Shown: in pieces, positions 37,348 to 47,634 of the stretch
Layout of the letters: the number at the start of each line of letters is the position of its first letter
Numbering within the stretch: the first letter of the stretch is position 1
Translations under genes and position numbers: made by a program
The notes under the pieces: generated by a model
Told to the model about the DNA's origin: nothing
Databases searched by the model: none
Seen by the model: the letters and a program-made list of their open reading frames with translations, nothing else
NCBI GenBank assembly: GCA_003973385.1
Contig: QNYK01000062.1
Coordinates: forward strand, 81,763 to 145,762
Reading direction: 5' to 3'
From: Bacillota bacterium
Lineage (GTDB): Bacteria; Planctomycetota; UBA8108; UBA1146
DNA: 64,000 nucleotides

Positions 37348-38694
37348 TCAGCGAATCCTGACATATTTTCCCAGATTCTCCCGTGCCAGTTGCTGGAGGA
37401 ATTCCTCCTCGGCATCGATGAACCCGAGAGTGAAGATTCGAACACCTCGCAGGTAGTTTCTGGCCCTGGTATCTTCCAGTATCTGCTTCATCAGTTGCCG
37501 GGAGTCCACGGGCAATTGGTCACCCTGGCTTCCGATATGAGTTGGCGCTCCATCTGTGATCAGATAAATCGTATCTACCGTGGGGTCAGTCAGTGCCATG
37601 TGCAAGGCCTCATCCGTAACGGTGATGCCGGTGGCCTGCAAATCGCTGACGAACTGCGATGCAGATGCCCGGTTTTTCTTCGAGGCAGGCAGAAGAATTG
37701 CACTCCAGGGGTTCACGGAAGACGAGTATGAAATGACAGTGAATCGTCGATCATCTCCCAGTCCTTCGATGGCTCGACTCACCTCTCTACGGGCCCGCAA
37801 GATCCTTCTGCGATGCTCCATCAGTTCCTCGAGTTTTTGTTCTACTGTTTCGTCAACTCCGGTACTTCGTCGTGCTTTCTCTATCGCCTCCTTGGAGGGT
37901 GGGTCGGTCGCCAGCATCGAACCGGAAGTGTCGACTATGAAGACGATATTCTTTCCGGTGATATCAAGGCCAAAGAGTCCTGTTCCCGTGACTGGTTGAC
38001 TTGCCTTGATGTCACCAGCACGGCTCGGATCGATTTCATCGCGGTGAGTCGCGATCCAGTTTCTGTACTGCTCAGCACCGTGAAGCGAAAGTCCCGTGAG
38101 TCGATGCAGAGCATCTCTGCAGGCGAGCCAGGTGCGATCTTGCGGAAGATGGCTCAACTCTTCTCGCCCTCCTTGCAGCGTTTTTTCGGCAGTTTTTGAA
38201 TCCTCCCATCTGGACATTGCGAGCACGAGTGGATCCAGAGCGAGGATTTCCTGACTGCGACCGAGAATTCTGGCAGCAACAGCAACAACCTGAGGAGCCT
38301 TGTCATCTATGGTGGCCAGCGCCAGCTGGATGGAATCGATCGAGTCTGACTGCAGTGAAGCTTCCAGTAAAAATAACCTTGCGGGCCATTTCTTGCTGGT
38401 GCGAATGAGGGTTTCGAATTCCTTGGCGACAACGGATGCGGGAACAAATGGGACGGCCCGGATGGCCGTCACGAAGATCCGATGGCGATCAAAGTAATGC
38501 CACTGCTCCTCTGCAATCTCCTCAACCCGGGCCACCGTTGAGGCAAGAATGGAGATCGATCGAGGTCCCTGCTCCTGAGCAATCGCCTGTATCCTGATCA
38601 TCACTGCGGATGTATCCCGATCAGCGATGGCCTGGTCCAGTGCACGATCAACAGCGATGGGCATGGCGATGACAAGAAGAAGGAGAGGGATCAA
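37348..38694 (-). CDS. von Willebrand factor type A (VWA) domain protein
   Basis: MIDAS motif IVFIVDTSGSM and downstream TDGAPT in the C-terminal half. N-terminal TM/signal. Helical N-terminal region. Confidence 0.75.
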   Translation of the reverse strand: MIPLLLLVIAMPIAVDRALDQAIADRDTSAVMIRIQAIAQEQGPRSISILASTVARVEEIAEEQWHYFDRHRIFVTAIRAVPFVPASVVAKEFETLIRTSKKWPARLFLLEASLQSDSIDSIQLALATIDDKAPQVVAVAARILGRSQEILALDPLVLAMSRWEDSKTAEKTLQGGREELSHLPQDRTWLACRDALHRLTGLSLHGAEQYRNWIATHRDEIDPSRAGDIKASQPVTGTGLFGLDITGKNIVFIVDTSGSMLATDPPSKEAIEKARRSTGVDETVEQKLEELMEHRRRILRARREVSRAIEGLGDDRRFTVISYSSSVNPWSAILLPASKKNRASASQFVSDLQATGITVTDEALHMALTDPTVDTIYLITDGAPTHIGSQGDQLPVDSRQLMKQILEDTRARNYLRGVRIFTLGFIDAEEEFLQQLARENLGKYVRIR

Positions 38695-40397
38695 GATCGC
38701 ACCGCTTCCCGTATGGCCTGAGCCGCTTCATCCACTGGAAGTCGTGTTTGCTCCATCGAATCCCGTTCTCTGAGCGTCACCGTTCCATCCTCGAGGGTCT
38801 GGCCATCGATGGTGAGACAATAGGGTGTGCCTGCTTCATCCATCCTGCGATAACGACGGCCGACAGCCCCCTTGTTGTCATAGAATACAGGCAGGTCTCG
38901 CTTGAGATCTCGATAGATCTCCTGGGCACATTCTGGCATACCATCCTTCTTCACCAGCGGAAATACAGCAGCCTTGATCGGCGCAATGCGAGGATGGAAT
39001 TTCAATACCACACGACCCTGCATCTTTCCATTTTCATCGGGAGCCATGTCTTCTGTGTAGGCCTCACAGAGAAATGCAAGTGCCGCTCGATCCGCACCAG
39101 CAGAAGGCTCGATCACATGCGGAATGTACTTTTCGTTCGTCACTGGATCGCGATAGGAAAGATCCTTGCCACTGCCCCGATGGACGGGCTTTCCATCTTC
39201 ACCGAGTTCGACTTCAAGCGGTCGGCTGGCGGGATTCAACTTCCCTTCCATGTGGCTTCTGAGATCGAAATCTCCCCTGTGTGCAATCCCCTCGAGTTCT
39301 CCGAACTCGCCTTTCGGAAGGAAGGGAAATGCATATTCGATATCTGCAGTACCCGTGGAGTAATGGCTCAGTTCATCGGCGTCATGCTCACGGAGAATCA
39401 AGTTATCACCGGATAGGCCCAGTTCCTGGTACCACTTCATGCGTCGATCTCGCCAGTAACCATACCAATGGTGGGAAGAATCGGGATGGCAGAAAAACTC
39501 GACCTCCATCTGCTCGAACTCGCGAACTCTGAATGTGAAATTTCTGGGAGTGATCTCATTTCGAAAGCTCTTACCGATCTGAGCGATTCCAAAAGGAATC
39601 CTGACCCTGGAGGAATCGACCACGTTCTTGAAATTGACGAATATCCCCTGCGCAGTTTCCGGGCGCAGATAAGCGACGCTGGCCTCGTCAAGCAGCGCAC
39701 CCATGTGAGTCTTGAACATCAAATTGAACTCGCGTGGCTCGGTGAGAGTTCCCGGTTCCTTTGCGTCCGGCCCGAAAACCTCGGAGAAATCAGAGACGGA
39801 CTCGAGCGAAACAACAACTCCATCCCAGCTGATCTGGTCTCTATCCTTGGCGCGTAATCCAAAATATTTCTGTGCCCTGGCAGTCAGTACCTCATGCTCT
39901 TCGTCCGGCTCACAGACGGCTGTCACAAAGATCCGGTCATCCCCTCGGAGTGCCCATCGTCCACGCACTTGATCATGACGATAACGGCGCTTGGACTCCT
40001 TGCAGTCCACCATCATGTCATGGAACAGGTCATGATGACCGGAGCATTTCCATACCTGTGGATGCATCAGTATTGAACAGTCCAGCCCGGTCATCTCGAA
40101 AGCCTCGGAAGCACCTTCTGGAGTGGAGATATCGTCGTGGTGAGTGACCATGTCTGCCCACCAGGCTTCTTTCACATTGCGTTTGAGTTCGACACCAAGA
40201 GGTCCGTAATCCCAACAGCCGTTCATGCCGCCATAGATCTCGCTGGACTGAAACAGGAACCCGCGTCGTTTGCAAAGCGATACGATCTTTTGCATGACTC
40301 CCAGGTCATCGTTGCTCAATTGGCCTCCAACGGTTCGGTGTGGATGCATTGCGCTATCTGGCCCTGACATCCTAGGAACCTTGTCCCCGGGAGGCAA
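38691..40397 (-). CDS. glyQS: Glycine--tRNA ligase, single-chain alpha2-type
   Basis: RRGFLFQSSEIYGGMNGCWDYGPLGVELKRNVKEAWW is the hallmark N-terminus of alpha2-type GlyRS. Class II motifs. C-terminal anticodon-binding domain. Confidence 0.9.
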   Translation of the reverse strand: MPPGDKVPRMSGPDSAMHPHRTVGGQLSNDDLGVMQKIVSLCKRRGFLFQSSEIYGGMNGCWDYGPLGVELKRNVKEAWWADMVTHHDDISTPEGASEAFEMTGLDCSILMHPQVWKCSGHHDLFHDMMVDCKESKRRYRHDQVRGRWALRGDDRIFVTAVCEPDEEHEVLTARAQKYFGLRAKDRDQISWDGVVVSLESVSDFSEVFGPDAKEPGTLTEPREFNLMFKTHMGALLDEASVAYLRPETAQGIFVNFKNVVDSSRVRIPFGIAQIGKSFRNEITPRNFTFRVREFEQMEVEFFCHPDSSHHWYGYWRDRRMKWYQELGLSGDNLILREHDADELSHYSTGTADIEYAFPFLPKGEFGELEGIAHRGDFDLRSHMEGKLNPASRPLEVELGEDGKPVHRGSGKDLSYRDPVTNEKYIPHVIEPSAGADRAALAFLCEAYTEDMAPDENGKMQGRVVLKFHPRIAPIKAAVFPLVKKDGMPECAQEIYRDLKRDLPVFYDNKGAVGRRYRRMDEAGTPYCLTIDGQTLEDGTVTLRERDSMEQTRLPVDEAAQAIREAVRS

Positions 40398-40465
40398 GAA
40401 GACTGGAGTGACCGTTGACCTGACGGGCTCCGATCTCTATACCTGAGACCAGAAGGAGGCCCCCC

Positions 40466-40753
40466 TTGTCAGTGCTCACCGAGGAAAGATTGATCCAGTT
40501 CATGAGGGAGACGATCGAACTGGAGCGAGATTGCCTGGACCGCATCATTCAGGAAGGGACTCGTCCGGCGCCTGAACAGGTTCTGAAACGATTCCGGCAT
40601 CTTGTTGGTTCCCTCGAGGCCGAGAAGGACAATGAGGCCTCCCTGCACGAGGAGTGCTGGAACTGGATCTGGAACGTCAACGAGGGGATGAACCTGATTC
40701 AACTCTATGGACGCCTCGCCTGGATCAACCTGCAACTGCTGGAACTTCTCTGA
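40466..40753 (+). CDS. Small helical hypothetical protein
   Basis: 95-aa ORF in the gap between the divergent glyQS start and the convergent argS end. No motif recognised. Confidence 0.35.
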   Translation: MSVLTEERLIQFMRETIELERDCLDRIIQEGTRPAPEQVLKRFRHLVGSLEAEKDNEASLHEECWNWIWNVNEGMNLIQLYGRLAWINLQLLELL

Positions 40754-40759
40754 GCAGAT

Positions 40760-42538
40760 CTACATTCTCTCCAGGGGATCGATACAGAGCAGTTGCAAAC
40801 CCCTACCTAGCGTTTTTTTCAACGCATCCACCAGCACCAGCCTATCCGAGCTCAGGGATGCGTCGTCTCCCAGCACCCGATGCTGAGCGTAGTAGGTGTT
40901 GAATTCACTGGCGAGTTCGAGCAGGTACTGGGATAGGTGTGAGGGTTCAGCATCGCGAGCAGCTCTGGCAACCACCTCGGGAAATCGAAGTATTCGTTTG
41001 AGCAATACCAGTTCCTCTGCTTCTTCAAGAAGTCGACCGTCACCGGCAGCGAGACCCTGAGAGGCAGCTTTTCGCAGAATGCTACAGAAGCGCACATGTG
41101 TGTATTGCAGGTATGGGCCGGTTTCACCATCGAAGGCGAGAATCTTCTCGAGTTCGAAATTCACATCTTTTCGCCTCGCGGCCTTCATGTCACTGAAGAT
41201 CACAGCTCCGACTCCGACCGCTTCCGAGATCTGCTCGACCTGCTGCGAATCCAGATCCGGGTTCTTTTCCTGCACCTTGCGGGTGGCCAGTTGAACCGCC
41301 TGATTCAGCACTTCCTCGAGCAGCACGACCTGACCACCACGGGTCTTACCCTTTTTCCAGGCGCCATCGACCTTGAGCCGCATCACCCCGAACTCAGCAT
41401 GCTCTAGATGGCTTGCCCACTCATGGCCGAGCAATTTCAGGACCCCGAACACTTGCTTGAAATGGAGACCCTGACCCGCATCGACAACATACAGGCAGCG
41501 GTCGAATGGATACAACTTGTGACGCTCCATGGCACTGGCGAGGTCCCTTGTACCGTAGAGAGTGGCTCCGTCCTGCTTCCGTATCAGCATCGGGGGCATC
41601 TGATCGGTCACATGAACCACTTCTGCCCCGTCACTCTCCACGAGTAACCCCTTGTCCTGCAACTGCGCGATCACCGCTTCCATTCCCTGCTCGTAGTGAG
41701 ACTCTCCGATGGTCTTGTCGAAACTGACTCCGAGGCGCTGGTAAATGGAATCGAACTTGTGGAGTGAAACAGCCCGGATACGTTTCCATCGCGAAACTGC
41801 GAGTGGATCGCCAGCTTCCAGTTTTCGAAACCATTCCCTTGCGATGCTGTCCAGCCCCTCTTCCTCCTGGCAGGACTGGTTGAACCGGACATAGAGTGCA
41901 TTCAGATCTGAGACCGGGTCTTCACGCTTCTCGAGCGGTGGAGAATCGAGATCATCGGTTGATCTGTACTTTTCCCAGGCCGCCAGCAGCTTCCCGAATC
42001 CGGTTCCCCAATCTCCGAGGTGATTCCAGCTGATGACCGTGTGGCCAGCCCAACGAAGCAAATTAGCCATCGCCTGGCCCAGCATCGTCGAACGTAGGTG
42101 ATGCACCGCCAACTGCTTGGCGATATTGGGAGAAGAGTACTCAACAATGACAGTCTGCCCCTGTCCACTCTCCCCTCTTCCCCATCCTTCTCCAGCTTGC
42201 AACACTCGTTCGACAGCTAATCGTGCAAACTCTGAGCGGTTCACCTTGAAGTTCAGATAAGGTCCTGCGGTGTCTACAGACTGCAACCACGGCAGATCCC
42301 AGCTGGCCTGGGCCAGTTGTGTGGCAATCTCTGGAGGAGACTTCTTCAACTGCTTGGCGAGTTGAAAGCACGGAAGCGACAGGTCTCCAAGATCCTGCGA
42401 TGGTGGATCGGTCATCGAGTCTGCAAGATCGGTGCTCGTCAGGTCCAGGATGGATGCCACCCTGTCGCCAATCTGTTGCCTGAAATGGCGCAATCGAGCC
42501 TCCTGCCGAGAAAGTTGTACGTCTGTTCCGTGCCACAT
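40760..42538 (-). CDS. argS: Arginine--tRNA ligase
   Basis: Class I HIGH region (SSPNIAKQLAVHHLRST). C-terminal DALR anticodon-binding domain (YLLELASEFNTYY). Start approximate. Confidence 0.9.
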   Translation of the reverse strand: MWHGTDVQLSRQEARLRHFRQQIGDRVASILDLTSTDLADSMTDPPSQDLGDLSLPCFQLAKQLKKSPPEIATQLAQASWDLPWLQSVDTAGPYLNFKVNRSEFARLAVERVLQAGEGWGRGESGQGQTVIVEYSSPNIAKQLAVHHLRSTMLGQAMANLLRWAGHTVISWNHLGDWGTGFGKLLAAWEKYRSTDDLDSPPLEKREDPVSDLNALYVRFNQSCQEEEGLDSIAREWFRKLEAGDPLAVSRWKRIRAVSLHKFDSIYQRLGVSFDKTIGESHYEQGMEAVIAQLQDKGLLVESDGAEVVHVTDQMPPMLIRKQDGATLYGTRDLASAMERHKLYPFDRCLYVVDAGQGLHFKQVFGVLKLLGHEWASHLEHAEFGVMRLKVDGAWKKGKTRGGQVVLLEEVLNQAVQLATRKVQEKNPDLDSQQVEQISEAVGVGAVIFSDMKAARRKDVNFELEKILAFDGETGPYLQYTHVRFCSILRKAASQGLAAGDGRLLEEAEELVLLKRILRFPEVVARAARDAEPSHLSQYLLELASEFNTYYAQHRVLGDDASLSSDRLVLVDALKKTLGRGLQLLCIDPLERM

Positions 42539-42631
42539 TTTATAGTGGAGTACCAACGCGGATCAAACGCTCCCGACGGAGGAATCCCTCTGGACTCTGA
42601 ATTGAGCGACTTCTGCGGGAAAGGAAACGAG

Positions 42632-42958
42632 ATGCGAGAGCACAGAAGGGTCCCGGTGGGTTCCTCGGCACTGTTACTGGCAACGACGCTGATGTTGGCG
42701 GTGGCACTGATCTGGGTCCTGCCGGTGGTCATTTCTCACCAGAATCATGGCACGGCAGCAGCACAATCAAAGAAATCACCCCGGTGGATCTTCACGAACG
42801 CGGGTACGATTCCCACCGAGTTCGGTGAACTGGTGCAGGTCAATGGCACATCCGGCAACTACACGCTGGTTTTTCAGGGTACCGACAAGAAGATCCGATT
42901 GGTCGACCTCAGAGGAGGCAAGATCCCTCCCAGAGCCATCGTGATCGATCGTGAGTAA
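42632..42958 (+). CDS. Small secreted/membrane hypothetical protein
   Basis: Start at an internal Met (MREHRR..) followed by the hydrophobic segment LLLATTLMLAVALIWVLPVVI. The longer upstream ORF extension overlaps argS and is not favoured. Confidence 0.35.
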   Translation: MREHRRVPVGSSALLLATTLMLAVALIWVLPVVISHQNHGTAAAQSKKSPRWIFTNAGTIPTEFGELVQVNGTSGNYTLVFQGTDKKIRLVDLRGGKIPPRAIVIDRE

Positions 42959-43386
42959 CGCCGCTGGTGCGAGGTGCTGGAACACTTCACCTGGGCACGG
43001 ATGGGCCCGGAACTACGGGCCAGCTGTGGCCGGGGAGAGGGATCAACTGGCGAGACGATCCCCTCTTCTACTGACTTCGGGGTTGGACCACTTCCTTCCC
43101 CGTTCTCCCCGGACAGCTGATCTGTGGTGCCAGATGACACCTCGAGACGCCTCGTCGCCTCTTCCTTCACGCCCTGAGGACGGGTGATGTTGCAGACAAC
43201 GGGATCACAACGACCCCGGAGAGCATCGAACTGATTGCAAGGGTCATGCCACATCATTCGAGCCTTCCCTGCGATACAGGGTGCGTGTTGACTTGATGCT
43301 GTACGGCTGCTGTACGATCCTGGAAAGTCTTCCGGACACTGGTCGTCCGGGGACCGAGTTCGGTCTGTAGCGGGAAGGCGCCCACC

Positions 43387-44205
43387 ATGACCCCGAGCGA
43401 TCAATCGCAGCCTTCACCGATGGTCGAGATGACTCGCCTGAAGCAGATCATAGATCGGTTGCGATCTCCTGGAGGCTGCCCGTGGGATCTGGCGCAGACC
43501 GCTGACAGTTTGAGGCCCTACCTGCTGGAGGAGGCCCACGAGGCTGCCGAGGCGATCAGTTCCGGAGACCCTGAGCGGATCTGCGAGGAACTGGGGGATC
43601 TTCTGATGAACATCCACCTGCAAGCGCGTATCGGCGAGGAAAGTGGTGCGTTCACACTGGAGAATATTGCGCGTGATATCTCCGAAAAATTGATCCGGAG
43701 ACACCCTCATGTATTCGCAGATGGTGTTGCCGAGGATGCCGAAGCGGTCCGTAGAGCCTGGGATCAGATCAAGAGTCAAGAAAAGGGAGACGTGAACCAG
43801 CACTCCCCTACGATCCGCACCTTGCCGGCCTCCTTGCCCGCTCTGGCTCGAGCAGACAGGATCGGAAAGATGGCTGCAGAGGTGGGATTCGACTGGCCAG
43901 CGCTGGCTGGCCCACGGGATAAACTGAATGAAGAACTGGCAGAGTTGGATGAAGCGGTGAGTGAAGGCAATCGAAAAGCCATCCACCATGAGATAGGAGA
44001 CCTGCTCTTCGCGGCCTCCAGTATCGCCCGAAAACTCGAAATCGATCCCGAACAGGCGCTCAACGACTCACTCGAGCGCTTCCGTCATCGCTTTACTTAC
44101 ATCGATGAGCAACTCGGAGATGCTGTCAGGGCAGATCTGGAACAACTGGAAGAATGGTATCAGCAGGGCAAGAACCGCGAGGAAGAGGCAACCGATGGAA
44201 GCTGA
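43387..44205 (+). CDS. mazG: Nucleoside triphosphate pyrophosphohydrolase MazG
   Basis: Two MazG EEXXE/H-type helical modules (LLEEAHEAAEAI..EELGDLLMNI; HHEIGDLLFAAS), RHPHVF motif. Confidence 0.85.
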   Translation: MTPSDQSQPSPMVEMTRLKQIIDRLRSPGGCPWDLAQTADSLRPYLLEEAHEAAEAISSGDPERICEELGDLLMNIHLQARIGEESGAFTLENIARDISEKLIRRHPHVFADGVAEDAEAVRRAWDQIKSQEKGDVNQHSPTIRTLPASLPALARADRIGKMAAEVGFDWPALAGPRDKLNEELAELDEAVSEGNRKAIHHEIGDLLFAASSIARKLEIDPEQALNDSLERFRHRFTYIDEQLGDAVRADLEQLEEWYQQGKNREEEATDGS

Positions 44206-45274
44206 ATACGGCGGGCTGGCAGAGGTCCAGCGACGCATCCGAGAAGGGCTGGCGACCAGGATCATCGGCCAGGATTCCGCCATTCAACAGATTCTCACTG
44301 CCTTCTTTGCTGGTGGTCACATCCTCATCCTCGGAGTTCCTGGACTGGCCAAGACCTTGATGATCCGATCGCTTTCAGAGCTTCTGGATTTGCAATTCAG
44401 CCGGGTGCAGTTCACACCGGATCTGATGCCTCAGGACATCACCGGAACCTCGATCCTGACTTCCGACTCAGATGGAATGGACCGAGGATTTCGGTTCAGG
44501 AAGGGGCCCCTCTTCGCCAACTTGTTGCTGGGCGACGAGATCAATCGTACACCTCCCAAGACCCAGGCTGCACTCCTGGAGGCGATGGAAGAGGGACAGG
44601 TCACTGTGATGGGGCAGCGGCACAAACTGCCCGTTCCATTTTTTGTCATGGCAACCCAGAACCCACTGGAACAGGAAGGCACCTATTTGCTTCCATCCAC
44701 GCAACTGGACAGATTTGCGTTCCAGGTGATGCTCGATTACCCGAACGAAGCGGAAGAACTCGAGTTGGTCTCCAGCACGACAGCACGAACCGAGGAACCG
44801 CTGCATCCGGTGATTCCAGGTTCCTGGGTCACCGATGCCATCGAAGAGATTCGCAAGGTTGTGATCCCTGACTGGGTGTTGCTCAGGGCCACGCGCATGG
44901 TACGAGCAACCCGTCCGGGTGAGGTAGATGGTTGTGAAGTCGCCAGGGAATTGTTGTCTCACGGTGCAGGTCCCAGAGGAATTCAGACGATGCTCACCAC
45001 TTCAAGGGCGCTGGCTGCATTGCGAGGGAGAAACACGGTGATTGCTGAGGATCTGGACGAGGTGATCTTACCGTCGCTGCGACACCGTATAGTGCTCAGC
45101 GTACACGCAGATGCTGAAGGTTTGACCCAGGATGATGTCATCCAGAGAGTGAGAGAGTCCATCGGAGATCTCGACGGAGATATGCCTCGGATACAGGATG
45201 GAGAACTGGGGTTTTTACGCAGGTGGCTCGAGAAATTGTCCGATACAACTCCCGACTTCAAAGTGAGCAAATAG
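44195..45274 (+). CDS. MoxR-family AAA+ ATPase
   Basis: Walker A (LGVPGLAKT), Walker B (LLGDEINR), sensor region. Start chosen at MEAEYGG, overlapping the mazG stop by 11 nt. Confidence 0.85.
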   Translation: MEAEYGGLAEVQRRIREGLATRIIGQDSAIQQILTAFFAGGHILILGVPGLAKTLMIRSLSELLDLQFSRVQFTPDLMPQDITGTSILTSDSDGMDRGFRFRKGPLFANLLLGDEINRTPPKTQAALLEAMEEGQVTVMGQRHKLPVPFFVMATQNPLEQEGTYLLPSTQLDRFAFQVMLDYPNEAEELELVSSTTARTEEPLHPVIPGSWVTDAIEEIRKVVIPDWVLLRATRMVRATRPGEVDGCEVARELLSHGAGPRGIQTMLTTSRALAALRGRNTVIAEDLDEVILPSLRHRIVLSVHADAEGLTQDDVIQRVRESIGDLDGDMPRIQDGELGFLRRWLEKLSDTTPDFKVSK

Positions 45275-45291
45275 ACCGATTGAAGTCGGAT

Positions 45292-47496
45292 TCAACTGCT
45301 GGAAGCCACAAACCCGATGATGTCCCTGGCGCTCTCCTCGTCGTAACCGTGACGCTCCTGAAGCCGCTGCAACACTGATTCTGCAACACCGATCTCTTCT
45401 TCGGTCAGGGCGCCGCGTTCCTCGGTGAAGTACTTCAGGACATCATGTTGAATCCGCAACATGGTCGAGGATCGCTCCTTCCAGATCGAGGTCTTGAGTT
45501 TGCTGAAGAGACCCGGGAATACTGTCTTGTATCTCAACTCGGTATCAGGATTTTCTGTTGCGTAGGCTCCGATTCTGCTCAGCAAACCAGATCGGAATTC
45601 AGGGACGCTCACCTGGATGTCGAGCATCTCTTCCACCCGCTTCATCAGATCGGCAGATGCTGCGACATGTTCCCCAGTAGGCCCATGAAAAATCGTGGTG
45701 CCAGTATCGAACGCTTTGACGTGCTTGAAATAGTCAGTGAAGATTCTTTCGAACTCTTCTTCCTCCACCAGACCGATGCTATCAAAAACCTCCTGGCGCA
45801 CGATTTCCAGGTAATGGGAACGGACTTGTTCGATGAACTGGGTGCAATCATTGTACCCGTTGTCGACGGGCAACCTGAGAAAGTCGTGAACGCTAGACTC
45901 CTTGATGAAGATCTCTAACTCACTGAACATGGTGAGCGGCGACAGGCAGGATCTAGTACTATCTTCAGCTGCCAGAGCAATCATGGTGATCATCTCGCGC
46001 GGAGAAGCTCCTCTACGACCCTCGTATTCAGATCCGTAGATGCCCTCGAACTCCCCCTCTGCATCCTCGTGTTCATCTCTCAATGCGCGAATATTCTGAC
46101 CGAGCATTTTTTGTTCATCGGCCTTGAACTCTGCTGGAGTTTCTCCGTGGTCGTAGAGAAGTGCCTTTTGCATCGGAGTCAACCGAGCAACAACTGGAGC
46201 CAGATCAGGATGATGGTTCTTGGGTGATGGCCTCTTGAGGCGAGTCAGCACCGCCCACAGCGCGGTCATCTCGGCTGTGTGCGGGGCCACGGATTTTCCG
46301 ATCGCATGTGTCTTGATATTACGCTGGTAAAGTTCTGCTTCTCGGGAGTACTGCAACAGGTATGGAACCCTGATCAAACTGAGTCTACCTTTGAAGGATG
46401 AGAAATCTGGAGTCCTCTTGAACAGATTGAGCTGTTTCTCATTCGCAGTGCCAGTCAGCACGATGTCGAGATGGGCCCTGTAATTGGGCAACTGGATCGT
46501 GCCCTTTTCGGATGTGGTGAGCAGGTATTTATTGGTCTCAGGTGGACGCTTCAGGAAATCGGAGTATTCACACAGGCCTCGATTGGCGTCGACCAGTTCA
46601 CCCTCCATTTCGTAGAGCGGCATACCGTGAAGGACACCAGGCAGCGCATTCCCTTCGTATGCCATCAATCGCGTCTGGGCGTCGATATTCCCCTGCGGTT
46701 CAATGCTGATACAGCCGAGCCGGTATCGCTTTGAGTGAAAGAAGCGCTCGACCTGGATGTGGCGCATCACCTTGCTCCAGTCCCCCTGGTTTGCTGCCAG
46801 CAACGCCTCGTAGATCCACTTACTCTTCTGGCTCAAATCACCATGAATGGCCCATTCGTAATTGAATTGATCCATTTCGGAAACCTCTGGGTGAGCAGCG
46901 ATGGCTCTATCGATCAGTTCCTTTCGCTCCTGTCTTGGAATCAGGAACAGTGGCGAATCTTTCAACTCGCAGCGAATGATGGAACCAATATCTTCAGCCT
47001 TGAGAAAAGCGTATGTGCCGCTATCTGCACCCTCATCTTCTTCGAAACCGATCCTGCCTGCTTCGCTCGATTTGAGCGGGAAGATCCAGTTGAACCTGTA
47101 CATGGAACCCTCTGGACGGGTGCTGTAGTGCGTCATGGCGTGCATGATCGACTGAATGGTCGTCGATTTGGCGGAGCCATTGGGCCCGTGAAGCAAGATC
47201 AATCGATCAGCGATCCCGTTTCGAGCGAACTGTCGCAACTTCTGATAGATCGAGTTCTGAACCCTCTCCTGTGCAACGAGCGACTCCTCTGATCGAGTGA
47301 AGCCAAGATTGAAGAGACTCCACCTGCGGTCGATCATCCCGACCCGCTGGACCTCTTCTGTTCCGTAGTACTCGAACATATCACACAGGTACCGTGGAGA
47401 ATTTCTCAGATAAGGATAAGGACTCGATAGGAAGTCCTCGATGAACCCCGTGACACTTCGAAGCCTCTGGCGGGCCTCGAATCTATCCAGGGACAT
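45292..47496 (-). CDS. prkA: PrkA-family serine protein kinase (AAA+ N-domain)
   Basis: N-terminal Walker A LLHGPNGSAKST. Length ~735 aa. Characteristic PrkA N-terminal region (FEYYGTEEV..). Start approximate. Confidence 0.8.
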   Translation of the reverse strand: MSLDRFEARQRLRSVTGFIEDFLSSPYPYLRNSPRYLCDMFEYYGTEEVQRVGMIDRRWSLFNLGFTRSEESLVAQERVQNSIYQKLRQFARNGIADRLILLHGPNGSAKSTTIQSIMHAMTHYSTRPEGSMYRFNWIFPLKSSEAGRIGFEEDEGADSGTYAFLKAEDIGSIIRCELKDSPLFLIPRQERKELIDRAIAAHPEVSEMDQFNYEWAIHGDLSQKSKWIYEALLAANQGDWSKVMRHIQVERFFHSKRYRLGCISIEPQGNIDAQTRLMAYEGNALPGVLHGMPLYEMEGELVDANRGLCEYSDFLKRPPETNKYLLTTSEKGTIQLPNYRAHLDIVLTGTANEKQLNLFKRTPDFSSFKGRLSLIRVPYLLQYSREAELYQRNIKTHAIGKSVAPHTAEMTALWAVLTRLKRPSPKNHHPDLAPVVARLTPMQKALLYDHGETPAEFKADEQKMLGQNIRALRDEHEDAEGEFEGIYGSEYEGRRGASPREMITMIALAAEDSTRSCLSPLTMFSELEIFIKESSVHDFLRLPVDNGYNDCTQFIEQVRSHYLEIVRQEVFDSIGLVEEEEFERIFTDYFKHVKAFDTGTTIFHGPTGEHVAASADLMKRVEEMLDIQVSVPEFRSGLLSRIGAYATENPDTELRYKTVFPGLFSKLKTSIWKERSSTMLRIQHDVLKYFTEERGALTEEEIGVAESVLQRLQERHGYDEESARDIIGFVASSS

Positions 47497-47634
47497 ATGT
47501 CGAAATTTACTGATGAAATCGGATGCAGCGCTCACTCTTCCCCGTTTCCACTGGGCAGTACCCGATCGGTGATCGGCACCATTGGAATGATAACCGAATC
47601 CGTCTCCGAGGTCACACCCACCGGTACGCCTGAA

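Noticed and set aside
42874-43404. 176-aa minus-strand ORF in the argS-mazG intergenic region
   Set aside because: Arg/Pro/Ser-rich, no motifs, overlaps the mazG start. Likely non-coding 5' region.
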